From Hyaloraphidium curvatum SAG 235-1 (Eukaryota > Fungi > Monoblepharomycota), in contig JAIVFI010000032.1 of the NCBI GenBank assembly GCA_025558095.1, forward strand, positions 507,849-571,848: a DNA stretch of 64,000 nt, read 5' to 3'. The translations under genes were made by a program, and so were the position numbers. Below the pieces are notes generated by a model. That model was not told the DNA's origin, searched no databases, and worked only from the letters and a program-made list of their open reading frames with translations. Of the stretch, positions 27,482 through 38,994 are shown piece after piece. The number at the start of each line of letters is the position of its first letter. Positions within the stretch are counted from its first letter, which is position 1.

Positions 27482-29195
27482 ATGTGCGACGACGAAACGG
27501 CGGAAGAGTGGAAGTACCAGCCCATCCACCGACTCCCCCCGCCATCACCGTTCCGATGGCTGCCCCGTGCGCTCCTGGAGAACCGTGACGCGGTTTATCT
27601 GCGGCCAAGTGGCTCTGCTTGCTCCTTGCCGCGTCCCCGGAGCCGCGGCGGCTCAGCAGCGTGGCGGCGCCGGCCGGGGTTTGGGACCCCGCGGCGGACG
27701 CGCGCCGCGCCCGGCCCGTCACGCCGTCGGTCGTGCTCGCCGCGCTGGCGCCCCCGAGCCGCCCGCTCTTCCGCCTGCTGCTGCTCAGCAACTTCGCGCT
27801 CGCGCCGTGGGCCGCGCGCGCCGGGATCCGCACCGCGTTCCTCGCCGCGGCGCTGCTCGTCCCGCTGGCGCCGCTGTGGGTCTGAAGGCGTGCGCCAGCT
27901 GGCGTTAGCGTCCGTCGCCGTCGCCGTGTTCCCGATCTGGTTCCTGGCCATCACAATGACGACAAACTGGCGCCTGTCGTACTCTCTGAGGGCAAAAGCG
28001 GCCGCGAAGCGCGGCTCGGAGCCCTCACTGGACGGGCATCCGCTGGCGCCCCTCGTGCGGTGGCTCCAGCTCGTAGCCGCCGGCGAAACGAGCACAGGTA
28101 ACGTATTGACGACTGCTGGGAGTGAACCTTCGAAGGAGCCGGGCCCGCAAGCGAAAGAGGACGTCGAGCTGGGTAACCCCGGCGGGCAACCCGTCTCGCC
28201 GCTTCTCGAGCACGATGCCAAGGATCCGCTTTGCCCCTGCCCGCTGCCGTCGTGCGCCGGCCAGTTGCCCGGCCGGGCCGCCCAGCTCCGCGTCGTGGAA
28301 GTAGCGGGGCGGATGTTGCTCGCCTGCAGCTGCCTCTTCTTCATGCAGTACACCGTCGTCGTCACGCTGGCAAGCCAGACGTGGACGCACTGGTGGAGCG
28401 CGCTAATCCTGGTCTTTTCTTTCTCCTTTTCTCTGGCCGCCGCTGATTTTGCTCGACCCGACCGCAGTGATCGTAATTTCCGACACCCCCATTACCTCGG
28501 CCAACGCCCGCTTCCCGGGATCGATCTCCGCCATGCAGCTTTCCGTGCGCGTGCAGCACTGCGCCATGCGCCTGGCGCTTTCGGACATGCTGGACCGCTA
28601 CGGCCGGGCCCTGGACGGCGCGAGCCCGGGACCCGCCCCGCCTTCGGTCCCCCCGACGTCGGAGCCCTACATCCACCTCCACCTCACCATCTCCGCCTCG
28701 AACCTCGCCCGCTTCCCGGGCCACTCGTCCGGATCGGGCCTCACCTTCCTCTTCCTCCTCTTCGGCTCCGCCATCGCCCAGGCCGCCCTCAGCATCTTCT
28801 CCGGCTCCTGCATCCCCCTCTACTCCGTCTTCTTCTTCCTCTACGGACTATACGCCTGGCTCCAGGACCTCATCAACATGGCCGAATCCAACCGCGGGAT
28901 CGCCGCGCACCGCGCGCTGCACTCGGACGCCCTCTCGGAAGCCCGCATGCTGCTGCTGCGCGCGTCCCCGGCGCCCGAGGACGCCGCGGCGAGGGAGCTC
29001 CGGGCGCACATGGAGGTGATCAAGGGGTGGGTTGGAGCGTCCGAGGGGAGCATGGCGAGGTTCGCGGGGTTCGCGGTGGATTACGGGGTCGTCAGGACCG
29101 TGGTGGTGACGTTCGCGACGGTGGCGATCGGGCTGTGGAGCGTGCTGAGGAGCGGGGGGGTGGGGTTGGTCGCGGACATGGTGTGTCCGTCGTAG
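27482..29195 (+). pseudogene. GRL/DUF3537-like multi-pass membrane protein (paralog 1), frameshifted
   Basis: Colinear with 56799-58393 (DPLCPCP..SC, WTHWW, GSCIP, ARFAGFAVDYGVVRT...GLWSVLR); needs about three frame changes (near 27595, 27880, 28430). Confidence 0.65.
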
Positions 29196-29372
29196 CCTGT
29201 CTCGGAAGGGGGCGGCGCCGTGCCGGGCACGGGATCGATGTCGGGTGGAGGTGATGGGAAAGGTCGCGGCTCCTCCATGTCGGCTAGTGATAAATTTACT
29301 CCGGCGCCGCCAGCAAAGGCAGACCGTAACGTATGCGGCAAACGAGATAAAGCCACGTCCATCGCAACAGGA

Positions 29373-32300
29373 TCACGCCCCCCCAAACCCCCCGAACCCC
29401 ATGTTGTGCCTTGAGATCATCTGCCCCGCCAGAAACGCGTTGGCCGCCGCCTCTTGCTCGTCCACCAGGAAGAGCCTGGCGTTGAAGTTCCGCCCGGCAA
29501 CGTACCTCGCCATGGCATCAATCGGGTACAGGTGTCCGCCCGACATGACCCGCGTGAAGTACAGCGGCCGGTCGGTCGGGACGAGGGCGAGGTCGTCGAC
29601 GTAGCTGTCGAGCACGATCGCGTAGTCGAGCGCGTAGCCGTCGCTGGGGAGGCCCGAGAGGAGGGAGTAGAAGCCCGCGACGTTGCCCGACAGATTCGAG
29701 ACGCCCAGGGAGAGCACAACAACGTTGGGGAAGTGGTGCTTGAAGATGATGCGCAGTGCATGGAATGCGGCGGAGTAGTCCTCGAAGTAGCGTTGGAGGC
29801 CCTCAAGCGACACGCCGGTCCCATGATCCACCTGCACCGCAAACAGCGGTGTCTGCAGTGACGCCGCAAGAGCTGCAGCCCGCGGGCCCCAATACCGCTC
29901 GAAGTGATCAGCGATGCGGTTGACCGGGAGAGAGTGGCCCAAGGCCGCGCCGGTGTTGATGAGGAGAACCACCCGCGCCCCAGCGTCGGTCAGGGAGTTG
30001 ATGATGGCTGGGTCATCAATGTCAATCACTCGCACCGCCGAAGCGCCGGCCGCTGCCAAGACCGACGGAGTGGTCCCGGGGATCATGTTGAAAGGGGGCG
30101 TGAACGAAAGGCCCATGGCAAAGCTGGAGGTGTAGAGCCCCCCTGGCACATAGGGCGGATAGTCGATCGGGCTGCCAAAAGTGGGACGCCGCGGGGTGGT
30201 CGTGCTTGTCGGCTGCCGAGTGGTGCTCCCCGACGTCGAAGATGCCGTGGCCGTCCGGCTCTGCGTCGTGGTCCGCGCCGTTGAAGATTGTGTGGCCGTC
30301 CGGCTGCTAGTCGCGACGCCCGGCAATGGTCCCGAGAAGCTCAGATCGATGGCGAACACCATCCCCCTCCAGTCCGCAGGCCCCGAGTCAAGGACCCCGT
30401 AAAGCCGCCCGTCGCTGCCCAGGGCAAGCTCCTTCTGCGGTATCGTGAAGGTTCCCAAGGGCAGCACGTCCATGCCGCTGACGAACTGTAGCGCGGTCTC
30501 GCGGACGAACCTGGCCACGCGCACCGCCACTGGGTTGGCGGCGGCGGGATCGATCCGGAAGATGATGGCCCTGATGGGGAAGTAGTCCGTCTGGGCGATA
30601 CCGTAGATGGCTCCATCGGTGGAGAGGAGGCTGGCGCGGGGGTAGCGGCCGTCGTCTAAGCCGAGGAAGTGGTATATGTTCTCCAGTCGCGTGCCGTTGA
30701 ACCGCCAGACAGTTCCCGAGTTCGCTCCGCCGCCGAAGGTGGCGGTGCCGATCACGGTGCCGTCCCCAAGAGGCAGGGGGCGCGTCGGCCTGCAAATCGG
30801 GCGTCAGAGTGTCGCACGCTGGGCGACGACGGTGCGTGCCTACCCGCAGCCCGTGTAGCTGTTCATGTGGGGAAGGAACGACTCGTCCCCGAAAAATGAA
30901 TCCAGGATGGTCACTGTGCCGTCCGTCCCTATGCGGAACAACGTGCCGCAGTCCCCGAACCCACCGGCGCCCGCTGTCCCGTAAAGTAGGCCGTCCGGTC
31001 CTAAGGCGAGGCCAGAGCCAATGCCGTTCCCAGTCATGAAGGAGCTGAAGTTCGCAAGAACCGAGAAGCTCCCGTCTACGGCGATCCGGAACACGGAGCG
31101 CTCCGTGGTCCCGTAAATGGCCCCATCGGGCCCCACGACGAGCGGCGAGCGGGAGGGGTGGTCCAAGGATGCAAGCAGCGTGAGGGTGCCCCAGACCGTC
31201 ACTCGGAACACCGCCCCAAATGCGCGCTCGCCTCCCATGGAGGTGGCCCCGTAGAGGTGACCGTCGGGTCCGACGACTGGGGCCGCGAGCGGCTCGGCAC
31301 CGTTCAACCAGTTGAATGAGGCGATGGTGGTCACCTGGCCGGTGGGGGTGAGCCGAAAGACCGAGCCGCAGTCGCAGCCCGTGGTATTCCAGTTCGCGCC
31401 ACCCATCCGCGTCGTGCCATACCAGTTGCCGTCGGGATGCTCGACCAGGCCCTGCGGCGCCCCACTGGATCTGTCGAAGCGCGCGACGATCGTCTGCGGA
31501 GGATGGCTAGAGTTAGCTTGGGGGCTCAAGGAGAGCTCGGCACGACGCACGGCACTGATGATCGGGGTCTGCGTGCGGGTCGAACGTGGCGTCTTTGATG
31601 TGCTGGTGGACCCCGTGCGGGACCTCGTTCTCGATCGAGTCGACATGGGAGTCGTTGTGATGGTTGTACGGGAGGTCGACGTGCTTCTTGCCGGCCTCGG
31701 CAGGCCCACGTCCACGACAAGAGCCATCCCCTCCCACCCCGCCGGCCCCGTGGTCGCAACGCCGTACAGCCGACCATCGCCCCCGAGGACCAGCTCGTGC
31801 TCAACAGTCCCGAAGGGCAGCACGTCGGTCCGCCCAGCGAAGAAAGGCAGCGCGCTCTCGGGGACGAGACCGACCACGGGCCCAAACCCCCTCCCGTCGG
31901 GGCTGATCCGGAAAACTTGCGCCGCATCGGAAGACGATCCGACAAAGGACACCCCGTACAGCGCTCCGCCGGCGAACACGAGGCCCGCGGGCGGGCTGTG
32001 CCCGTCGGCGCCGGCAAAGTCGTGGAGCCTTTCGAGTCCCGTGCCGTTGAACCGCCAGATTGTACCTCGCGACGACCTGCCACCGCTCAGAGTTGTACCG
32101 ATAATGGAGCCGTCGGGAAGAACCAGAACTCGGTTCGGGCTGTAGGGCGCCGGGGAATGAGCTGAGTGGACCGAGACCACTTCGAACGACGACCTACCTG
32201 CAGCCAGTGAATGGTTGAATGCGCTCCACATCTTCCCCGCCTTGGAAATGGGCCAGGATCTCCCTCTCGCGACTGGGTCCGAACCTGAAGAGAACACCGC

Positions 32301-35300
32301 AGTCTGCTAGCCCGCCCTTGTAGGTCGTCCCGTAAAGCCACTTTCCGGCCCCAAAAGTGACCCCTCCGTAGACATCGTAGCCGGTTTCCACGGTGTCGAA
32401 ACCCGCCAGCTGGATGAACCCGCCCTGCTGGGGCTGGACGAGGAACGCGCCCATCTGCGTGCCTCCGTAGAGGTACCCGTCGGGGCCCAAAGTGAGCTGA
32501 CCCCTACGGGGCGCGTCGAATGGGAATGGGGCGAGCACGGTGATCTCCCCCGAAGTGGTGACCCGGAAGACTGTTCCAGAATCCTGCGACCCGCCGCCCC
32601 TGGTCGTCGTGCCGTACAAATGCCTGTCGGCGCCGACGATCAAGCCGGCCTGCGGGTACGCGCCGTTCCACCACTCGAACGAGGCAATCGTGGAAAACTG
32701 CCCGTCGGGCGTTAGCCGGAACACTGTACCGCAGTCGCAGCCTGAAGTGTTCCAGTTCGCGCCGCCGATCCGCGTGGTGCCGTACCAGTTGCCGTCCGGG
32801 TGCTCTACCAGGCCCTGCGGGCGGCCGCGCGATCGATCGAAGCGGGCGAAGATTGTCTGTGGAGGGCGAGGGAAATCAGAATATAGCATCGTAAACCCCC
32901 ATAGAGGGACTTACGGCTGTGGCCACCCGCGTGGCTGTTGACGTCACCGTCGCCGTCCTGCTGGTTGTTGTCCGAGTGCTCCTTGAAGGCCGCGGCAGGT
33001 CCAAATCCAGCGCGAACACAGTCCCGCCCCACCCCTGCGGGCCAGAGGACGTGAATCCGTAAAGTCGGCCGTCGGCGCCCTGCACCAGCTCGTCCCCCGG
33101 GAGCCCGCCGGGGAGCACGGCGCCGCCCTGGCCAGGCGCCTCGCCGTTTGCAGTGAAGCTGACCACCCGCGCGAACCTCGATCCGTCGGGGCGCACCCGG
33201 AAGACCTGGCCCGCGGCCCCGTCGGCCCCCGCCCCGACGCCATACAGGGCGCCCGCGACGGGGACGACGCCCGCGGAGGGAAGCCCGCCGCGCTGCTCGT
33301 CGATCGTGACGAGGCGGCGGATCGCGGTGCCGTTGAAGACCCACACGCTGCCCCAGAGGGTGGAAAACTGGGGAATCCAGGGGATAAGGAACGATGACGC
33401 CGTGCCGACCAAAGAGCCGTCGGCGAGGGGATATGGTCGGGAGATTGGGCTGCGGGCGGAGGAAGATGAGCCGATGTGAGCAACAAGCGCGCGCCCAAAA
33501 CTTACATGCACCCGACCGAAAGATCAAAATGAGCCAGCGTGGTCATGGACCCGTTCGTGGCGATCCTAAACAGAGTTCCGCAGCTTGGTCCGGGATCGTG
33601 GCGCGTCGTACCGTACAGTGACCCGTCCAAGCCGACGCTAAAGCCACCGACGAAGCTGAGCATGTCCCAAGGCCCATACCGCGCCAGCACGGTCCAATTG
33701 CCATCCATTGAGACCCGGAACACGGTCCGCGGGGTGACGCCGTAGAGAGCGCCGTCGGGCCCAAACACGAGCGGCGCTTGGGGGAAGGCCGAGGAGGCTC
33801 CGAAGGCGGGACGACGCGCGTCACCGGGCGTCATTCCCCATGTGAACGACGCAAGCACCGTGATCTCGCCACCCGTGGTGACCCGGACGACCGTCCCGAC
33901 GTCGTGAGCACCGCCAACAAACGTGGTGCCGTACAGGTGGTCGTCCCCGCCGACGATGAGGCCAGCGCGCGGGCTGGCTCCGTTTGTGCCGTTGAACGAG
34001 GCGATCGTCGACAACTGGCCGTCGGGCGTGAGGCGAAAGACGGTGCCGCAGTTGCAAGTTCCCGATCCACCAAACAGGGTGGTGCCGTACCAGTTGCCGT
34101 CCGGGTGCTCGGTGAGCCCCTCTGGTTGGGAGGGCAAAGCAAAGCGGGCGAGGACGGTCTGTGTCACGGGATGAGCGCCGGCCACAGGTCGGAGAGGAAG
34201 TTAAAGAACCCACCGGCGTGACGAGCACCGTCTCGATTGTGGTGGTGACCGTTCGTGACGTGGAAGAGGATCGGCTTGTCGACGAGCTCGTCGGCGTCCG
34301 GCTGGATGTCGTCACCGTCCTGGTCCTCGTCGTCCGAGTCAAAGACGTCGCCGTCCATGTGCTTGTCGATGCGGCGGTCAGGCTCGAGGAAGTAGCTGTC
34401 CGGCTCGTGCGGCTCAGGTTTGTCGTCTTCGCCATTTTGGTGCTTGTCGGGGTCCGGCTCGAAGAAGTGGGCGTCAGGCTGGTCGGAGTGAAGCTCGAGG
34501 ACATGGTCGCCAGGTTGATCGAGGTGGTGCTGTTGGTGGTCCCCGGAGGAGGGATCGGGGAGGTCGTCGGCGGGACCGGGGGCGCCGGTGGAGGGGGCGG
34601 AGGAGGCGACGGGGGTGGCGGCGACGGGGGTGGGGGGGTCGGGGGCACGGGAGGCGGAGGAGGGGGAGGGGAAGGGGGGGGATAAGGCGGGACGGGGGGC
34701 GGAGGGGGTGGCGAAGGAGGTACCGGCGCTGGTGCCGTCGTGGGAGGCACTTGCTTCACCTGCACCGTCGTCCTGCGTCCGGTCGTCGTCGGCACGACCT
34801 TGCCCAGGGTCCGCCGGACCTTCTTGGTCGTAGTCTTCCGGCGCGTCGTGGTCCGCTTCTTCGTCCGGCGCTTCGAGGTGGTCTTCTTCTTGAGCTGCCG
34901 CGGCACCAGGCGGGGTCCAGCTCCTTGGTTATTTGCAACGGCATCCTTTGCCCGGGTACCCAATCAGCTCCTGCCCTACCCGAGCACCGTCCTTTCCGAC
35001 CCACCTGGTTCGCGAGAGGTCCGGTATCGGGAGACGACGTCATTCCTGTCCCCCGACGCGTCTCCTCTCCTCCCATCGCCGTCGAGGACGCGAGAGGGCA
35101 GCAAACGGCGGCGGCATCGGTTCCGGAAGTGTCCTGGGCAAGCCAAGCGGACGGCGGGCACGGCGGGCACCAGTCGCGGCGGGACGCGTCCCGTTCGCGC
35201 TCCGCCCCATCGAATCGGCTTTCCCGCCACTGGTGCTGAATCTCCGATTCCGGAGCATTGCTGGAGCCCAAGGATACGGGGCAGCAGCAGCCGGCATCGG

Positions 35301-35518
35301 GCAAAGACGCGCTGTGGGAGGAAGGTGCGGTCGGTCAGTCAGCCTGTCTCCCAATTCCGCAACTCCCCAGGGCCCCACCTGCAAGCGGGGCCAACGATCC
35401 AAAGTCCCGGAAACGGTCCAACAAGCGATCGGTGGTTGCCAGGCTCGGCGACGGCAAGGAGGATCGGAATGCAGATTGAGAGAAGGGCCACTGCGGCGAG
35501 CGGCAGCGTGGGCGCCAT
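29373..35518 (-). CDS. Large secreted protein: basic, Pro-rich and Ser/Thr-rich linkers, three GloVer (TIGR03803-like) repeat modules and a C-terminal alpha/beta domain
   Basis: Signal peptide MAPTLPLAAVALLSICIPILLAVA; repeated DGxxYGTTxxGG...GTVFRLTPDG..TIASF...G..P units; GT-AG introns join ORFs 33821-34963, 33502-34185, 32876-33511, 32194-32889, 30840-32297 and 29373-30755. The 5' exons are less certain. Confidence 0.8.
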
Positions 35519-36398
35519 CCTCGCGGCCGGCCGCAACAAAACGGAACGAGAGCCGGTGGGCTGCGAAAGCAGGAAAGGAGAATGTCAAGAACTGTGCCAT
35601 TTGCCGCTCTCCGGCCGGGTCAGCGTTCATCACCGGACCCCGCCCGCAGGACCCCGCCCGCAACCCTCCTTCCGGTCCGCCGCGGTCGGCCATCGCGTCC
35701 CGATCGTGCCAAGAGCGAACATCGCGGCCCCGAGGCCTCTCTCCTGTCCAACATCGCGCCAATCGGGGACCGTACGCCGCCGGCATTGAAGCGCGCCAGA
35801 CCCGCAGCCCTTGCCGCTTGTTGTGCTCCCCGCCACGTACCTTCCGCGGAGGGCGACCGATCTCTTTCCTTGGGCACAGAGCAGACAGGAGTGCCGCAGC
35901 GCCGCAGGAAACGGACCAAAGCGTGGCCGTCGCGCGATTACGGCGGCACTGCACGCAGGGTCCGCGGCCGGCGGCCGCCGGCCGCTGACCCGTGCGCAGA
36001 CCGGCGCAACGCCCCGCCCCGCCGTGCGATCGCAGTTCGACCGGACGGCGCAAAATGGAAGCAGGCACCGGTTTTCCACGGCACTTTGCACGACCCTTGG
36101 TGCATCCCCTCCTTACCTGGATGGTTCCGCCGCGGGGTGACGCGGCGGGCAAGACGGAGTCCTGGCGCTGGACCCTTTTGCGCTCCGCTACACCCATGCT
36201 CCGTCCCGCTCGCCCGCTGCGGACGGAGACTTGGGGAACCTACGCCGGCGACGCGGATGGATCACGGGGACGTCCGCCTCCCGCCGCGGGGCGCAGGCCG
36301 GACCGCGGACCGGAAAGCGAACTGTGACCCCGCCCGGCTTTGCGGACGGCGGCGGCCGCGCGCAAAGCGCACCGCTCCCTCCCCCACTCCGCCCGAAG

Positions 36399-37015
36399 AT
36401 GGCCGGCTTCCTCGACGTGGCAATCGCCACGCAACTCCTCTCCCTGGCCTCCGACGACGGAACGCTGCACACCCGCGAGCGGCGCAACGGGGACCTCGGC
36501 ACGGCGCCCGTGACAAAGCGGGGGGAAACGCTGGACGGGTTCCTGGAGGAGTATTCGGCGACTGTGGCGGAGGCGGCGAGGGGGAAGGTGGCCAAGGGGG
36601 AGGCGGTGCCGCGGCTGGGGGTCGACGTCGACGACATCGGGGAGGTGGAGAGGAATTTGGGCGAGAAGCTGAGGGCAGGAAGGAGGCACGACGATGCTGC
36701 GAGCGCGAGGTCGAGAGGGTCCTCGGTGGCGAGCTCGCTGAGGGGGCTGCTGCGGCCGCGGAGCAGGAGCGCGGACCCCCGGGTGAGGGAGGTGGAGGAC
36801 GGCGGCGGGGTCGTGGCGGATCCGGAGATGGTCAAGAGGGCAAAGGAGGAGGCGGCCAAGAGGCCGTCGGCGCTGGACAGGTGGGAGCGATCGCGTCGTT
36901 CGGTTGGCACTGTCCGGCGGGATCCTGATGCGTGGTCTCGGCATGCAGGGTCTGGCAGGAGATCAGGTACAACAAGGACTCCCCCGTCAAGATCTTGCTG
37001 GACAACGTGTCGTGA
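36399..37015 (+). CDS. Hypothetical protein (2 exons)
   Basis: MAGFLDVAIATQLL... ORF; the GT-AG intron after ALDR joins in frame to VWQEIRYNKDSPVKILLDNVS*. Confidence 0.6.
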
Positions 37016-37126
37016 CCGGTTTCGTCGAGTCCACCGCTGATGTATGCGCTCTTGGTATTCCATGCGGCTTGTGTTGCCACTGTTGACCTCGCAGGAACGA
37101 CGGATGGTCAACCCGAAGGCACGGGC

Positions 37127-37666
37127 CTAAGCCTTCCACAGCGCGTCCCGGATCTTGAGCACGGTCGCCCAGTTCCTCCCCGTCCACCCCGGCCCGAGCA
37201 CCCCCTTCGTCAGCGCCCTGTTGGACGCGCTCCTTGCAACCCCATTGGGCAGCCACAGGTGCAGCTCGCGCCCGTGCAGCTCCCACACCTCGTCCCCGCG
37301 TTTCAGCGCCTCCAGTGCGCGCACGGCGTCAGGCAAGGGCGCTCGGTCGAGGAACACCACGAGCGTCCGGGACGGGTCCGTCGCGACGGCCGAGAGCGGG
37401 TTGAGCGCGGCGACGGCGTCGATGTCCTCCTTGGTCCGCGATATGACCGGCACGTCCAGGTCGAGCTCCGCGACCAGAAGGTCGTGCACGGCCCCGGCGA
37501 GCGCGTCGGCGTCCAGTTCCGTCGTGCAGACGGCGTTGCCCGAGTTGAGGAGGGTGCGGACGTCGGTGGAGCCGGCCGCCGCGACGATGCGGGCAAAGTC
37601 GGCCATCGCGATGCGGTTGGCGCCGCCGACGTTGACGCCACGGAGGAGGAGGGCGACCCGCGTCAT
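37127..37666 (-). CDS. DUF1697 family protein, intronless
   Basis: ALLLRGVNVGG, VRTLLNSGNAV, TGRNWATVLKI. Confidence 0.88.
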   Translation of the reverse strand: MTRVALLLRGVNVGGANRIAMADFARIVAAAGSTDVRTLLNSGNAVCTTELDADALAGAVHDLLVAELDLDVPVISRTKEDIDAVAALNPLSAVATDPSRTLVVFLDRAPLPDAVRALEALKRGDEVWELHGRELHLWLPNGVARSASNRALTKGVLGPGWTGRNWATVLKIRDALWKA

Positions 37667-37834
37667 TTTTGGGGTTTGGGGCGGAGGTGGAGAGCCGAGC
37701 TCGGCGACGCTCGTCCCAACTTCCATCGACGTCGGACTTGACCGCAACTTCCGCGATTAATGCCTCTCTGGTGTTCAGAATAGTGTATCGGCATGTTGTC
37801 GGCCTCCAGGCCCAATGAACCCTCCTCGATCCAG

Positions 37835-38560
37835 CTACAGCCTCTCTATCGCCCGGTCCCCCTTCCCCCCCGCCTCCCTCCCTTTCCGCTCCATCGGCCT
37901 GGCCGGGGTGCCGATCCACGTCACTCCGCCTTCCGTGATGCTCCTCAGCACCCCCGAATTCAACCCAATGACCGTCCAGGGCGCCACGCCGACGTGGTCC
38001 CCCACGTGCGCGTTCAAACCCAGATGCACCCCCTCCTCCAGCCTCGTCCCGCCCCCTATCGAATTGTGCCCGTTGAGCTGCACGTAATCCCCGACGCGGC
38101 AGTCGTGCGAGATGATGGTGAACGGACCCACGTGGCAGAAGGCCCCGACGCTCGCGTTGGGCCCGATGCGGGCAAAGGGCGCGACGAAGGTGCCCTCGCC
38201 AAAGGTGCAGTTCATGGCGGGGCAGAGGAGCGGGTGCATCGCCGGCGGGAAGCGGATGCCGGGGAGGAGGGAGCGCAGGCGGGCCGCGAGGCGCTTCCGC
38301 GAGGCCGGGGTGCCGTGCGAGACGAAGACGTCGAGTTGCGGGTGCCGGGAAGCGAATTCCAGCGCCTCGTTCTCGCTCCGGAGGTGGACGAAGCCCGCGG
38401 CGGTCAGGGCGGGGTGGATCCCCGGGCCGTCGTCCCAGCAGGCGGCGTTCCCATCCCTCGCGGCGGTGGCGTAGCGCGGTGCCACGGCCTCCCACAGCAC
38501 GCCGGCCTGCCCGCCGCCGCAGCGGAAGAGCACGGCGGGCGCCGGCGGGGCGGGTTCCAT
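37835..38560 (-). CDS. NeuD/PglD-like sugar acetyltransferase (hexapeptide LbH)
   Basis: N-terminal GGGQA/DD Rossmann-like part, FPPAMHP, hexapeptide repeats with ISHDCRVG, IGTPARP. Confidence 0.85.
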   Translation of the reverse strand: MEPAPPAPAVLFRCGGGQAGVLWEAVAPRYATAARDGNAACWDDGPGIHPALTAAGFVHLRSENEALEFASRHPQLDVFVSHGTPASRKRLAARLRSLLPGIRFPPAMHPLLCPAMNCTFGEGTFVAPFARIGPNASVGAFCHVGPFTIISHDCRVGDYVQLNGHNSIGGGTRLEEGVHLGLNAHVGDHVGVAPWTVIGLNSGVLRSITEGGVTWIGTPARPMERKGREAGGKGDRAIERL

Positions 38561-38994
38561 GGCAGGGCGAGATAGGGAGGCTTTGTGATTGCGGATTTCG
38601 GGGTCTGGCCGTCCGGGCACTGCCTGAAGGTCCGCTCGGTGGCCGTTCGTCCGATGCGTTGGCCGCTTCTCTTGGCACCTCCTTCACCCGGTCCGACGAC
38701 CTCCACCGGACGGATGTCATCTGTTCCGGCAGCTCCGGCATCCCGCTCAGCCCGGAACGAGGGCCGGCGTGTTGCCAAGATCAAGTCAAGGCGGCTCCAG
38801 CAGAAATCGATTCCGGGGGGCCCCTAGCAAGAACCGCCCGTTGTTCATCTAATGTAGCAGGTATGCTCGGCGAACGGCTTTTATGGACTCATCGCCATCT
38901 TGGGCGGCCACGACCTCCAAGGTATCCGCCCCGCTGTCCGCCCCGCCGAGCCTGCCTGACCTGCCTCGCTTTCACCACCACACCCGAGCCCGCG

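Noticed and set aside
34560-34720. G-rich tract / G-quadruplex
   Set aside because: Antisense of the poly-proline linker in the GloVer protein.
35550-36390. Long overlapping ORFs
   Set aside because: No recognisable protein features; divergent promoter region.
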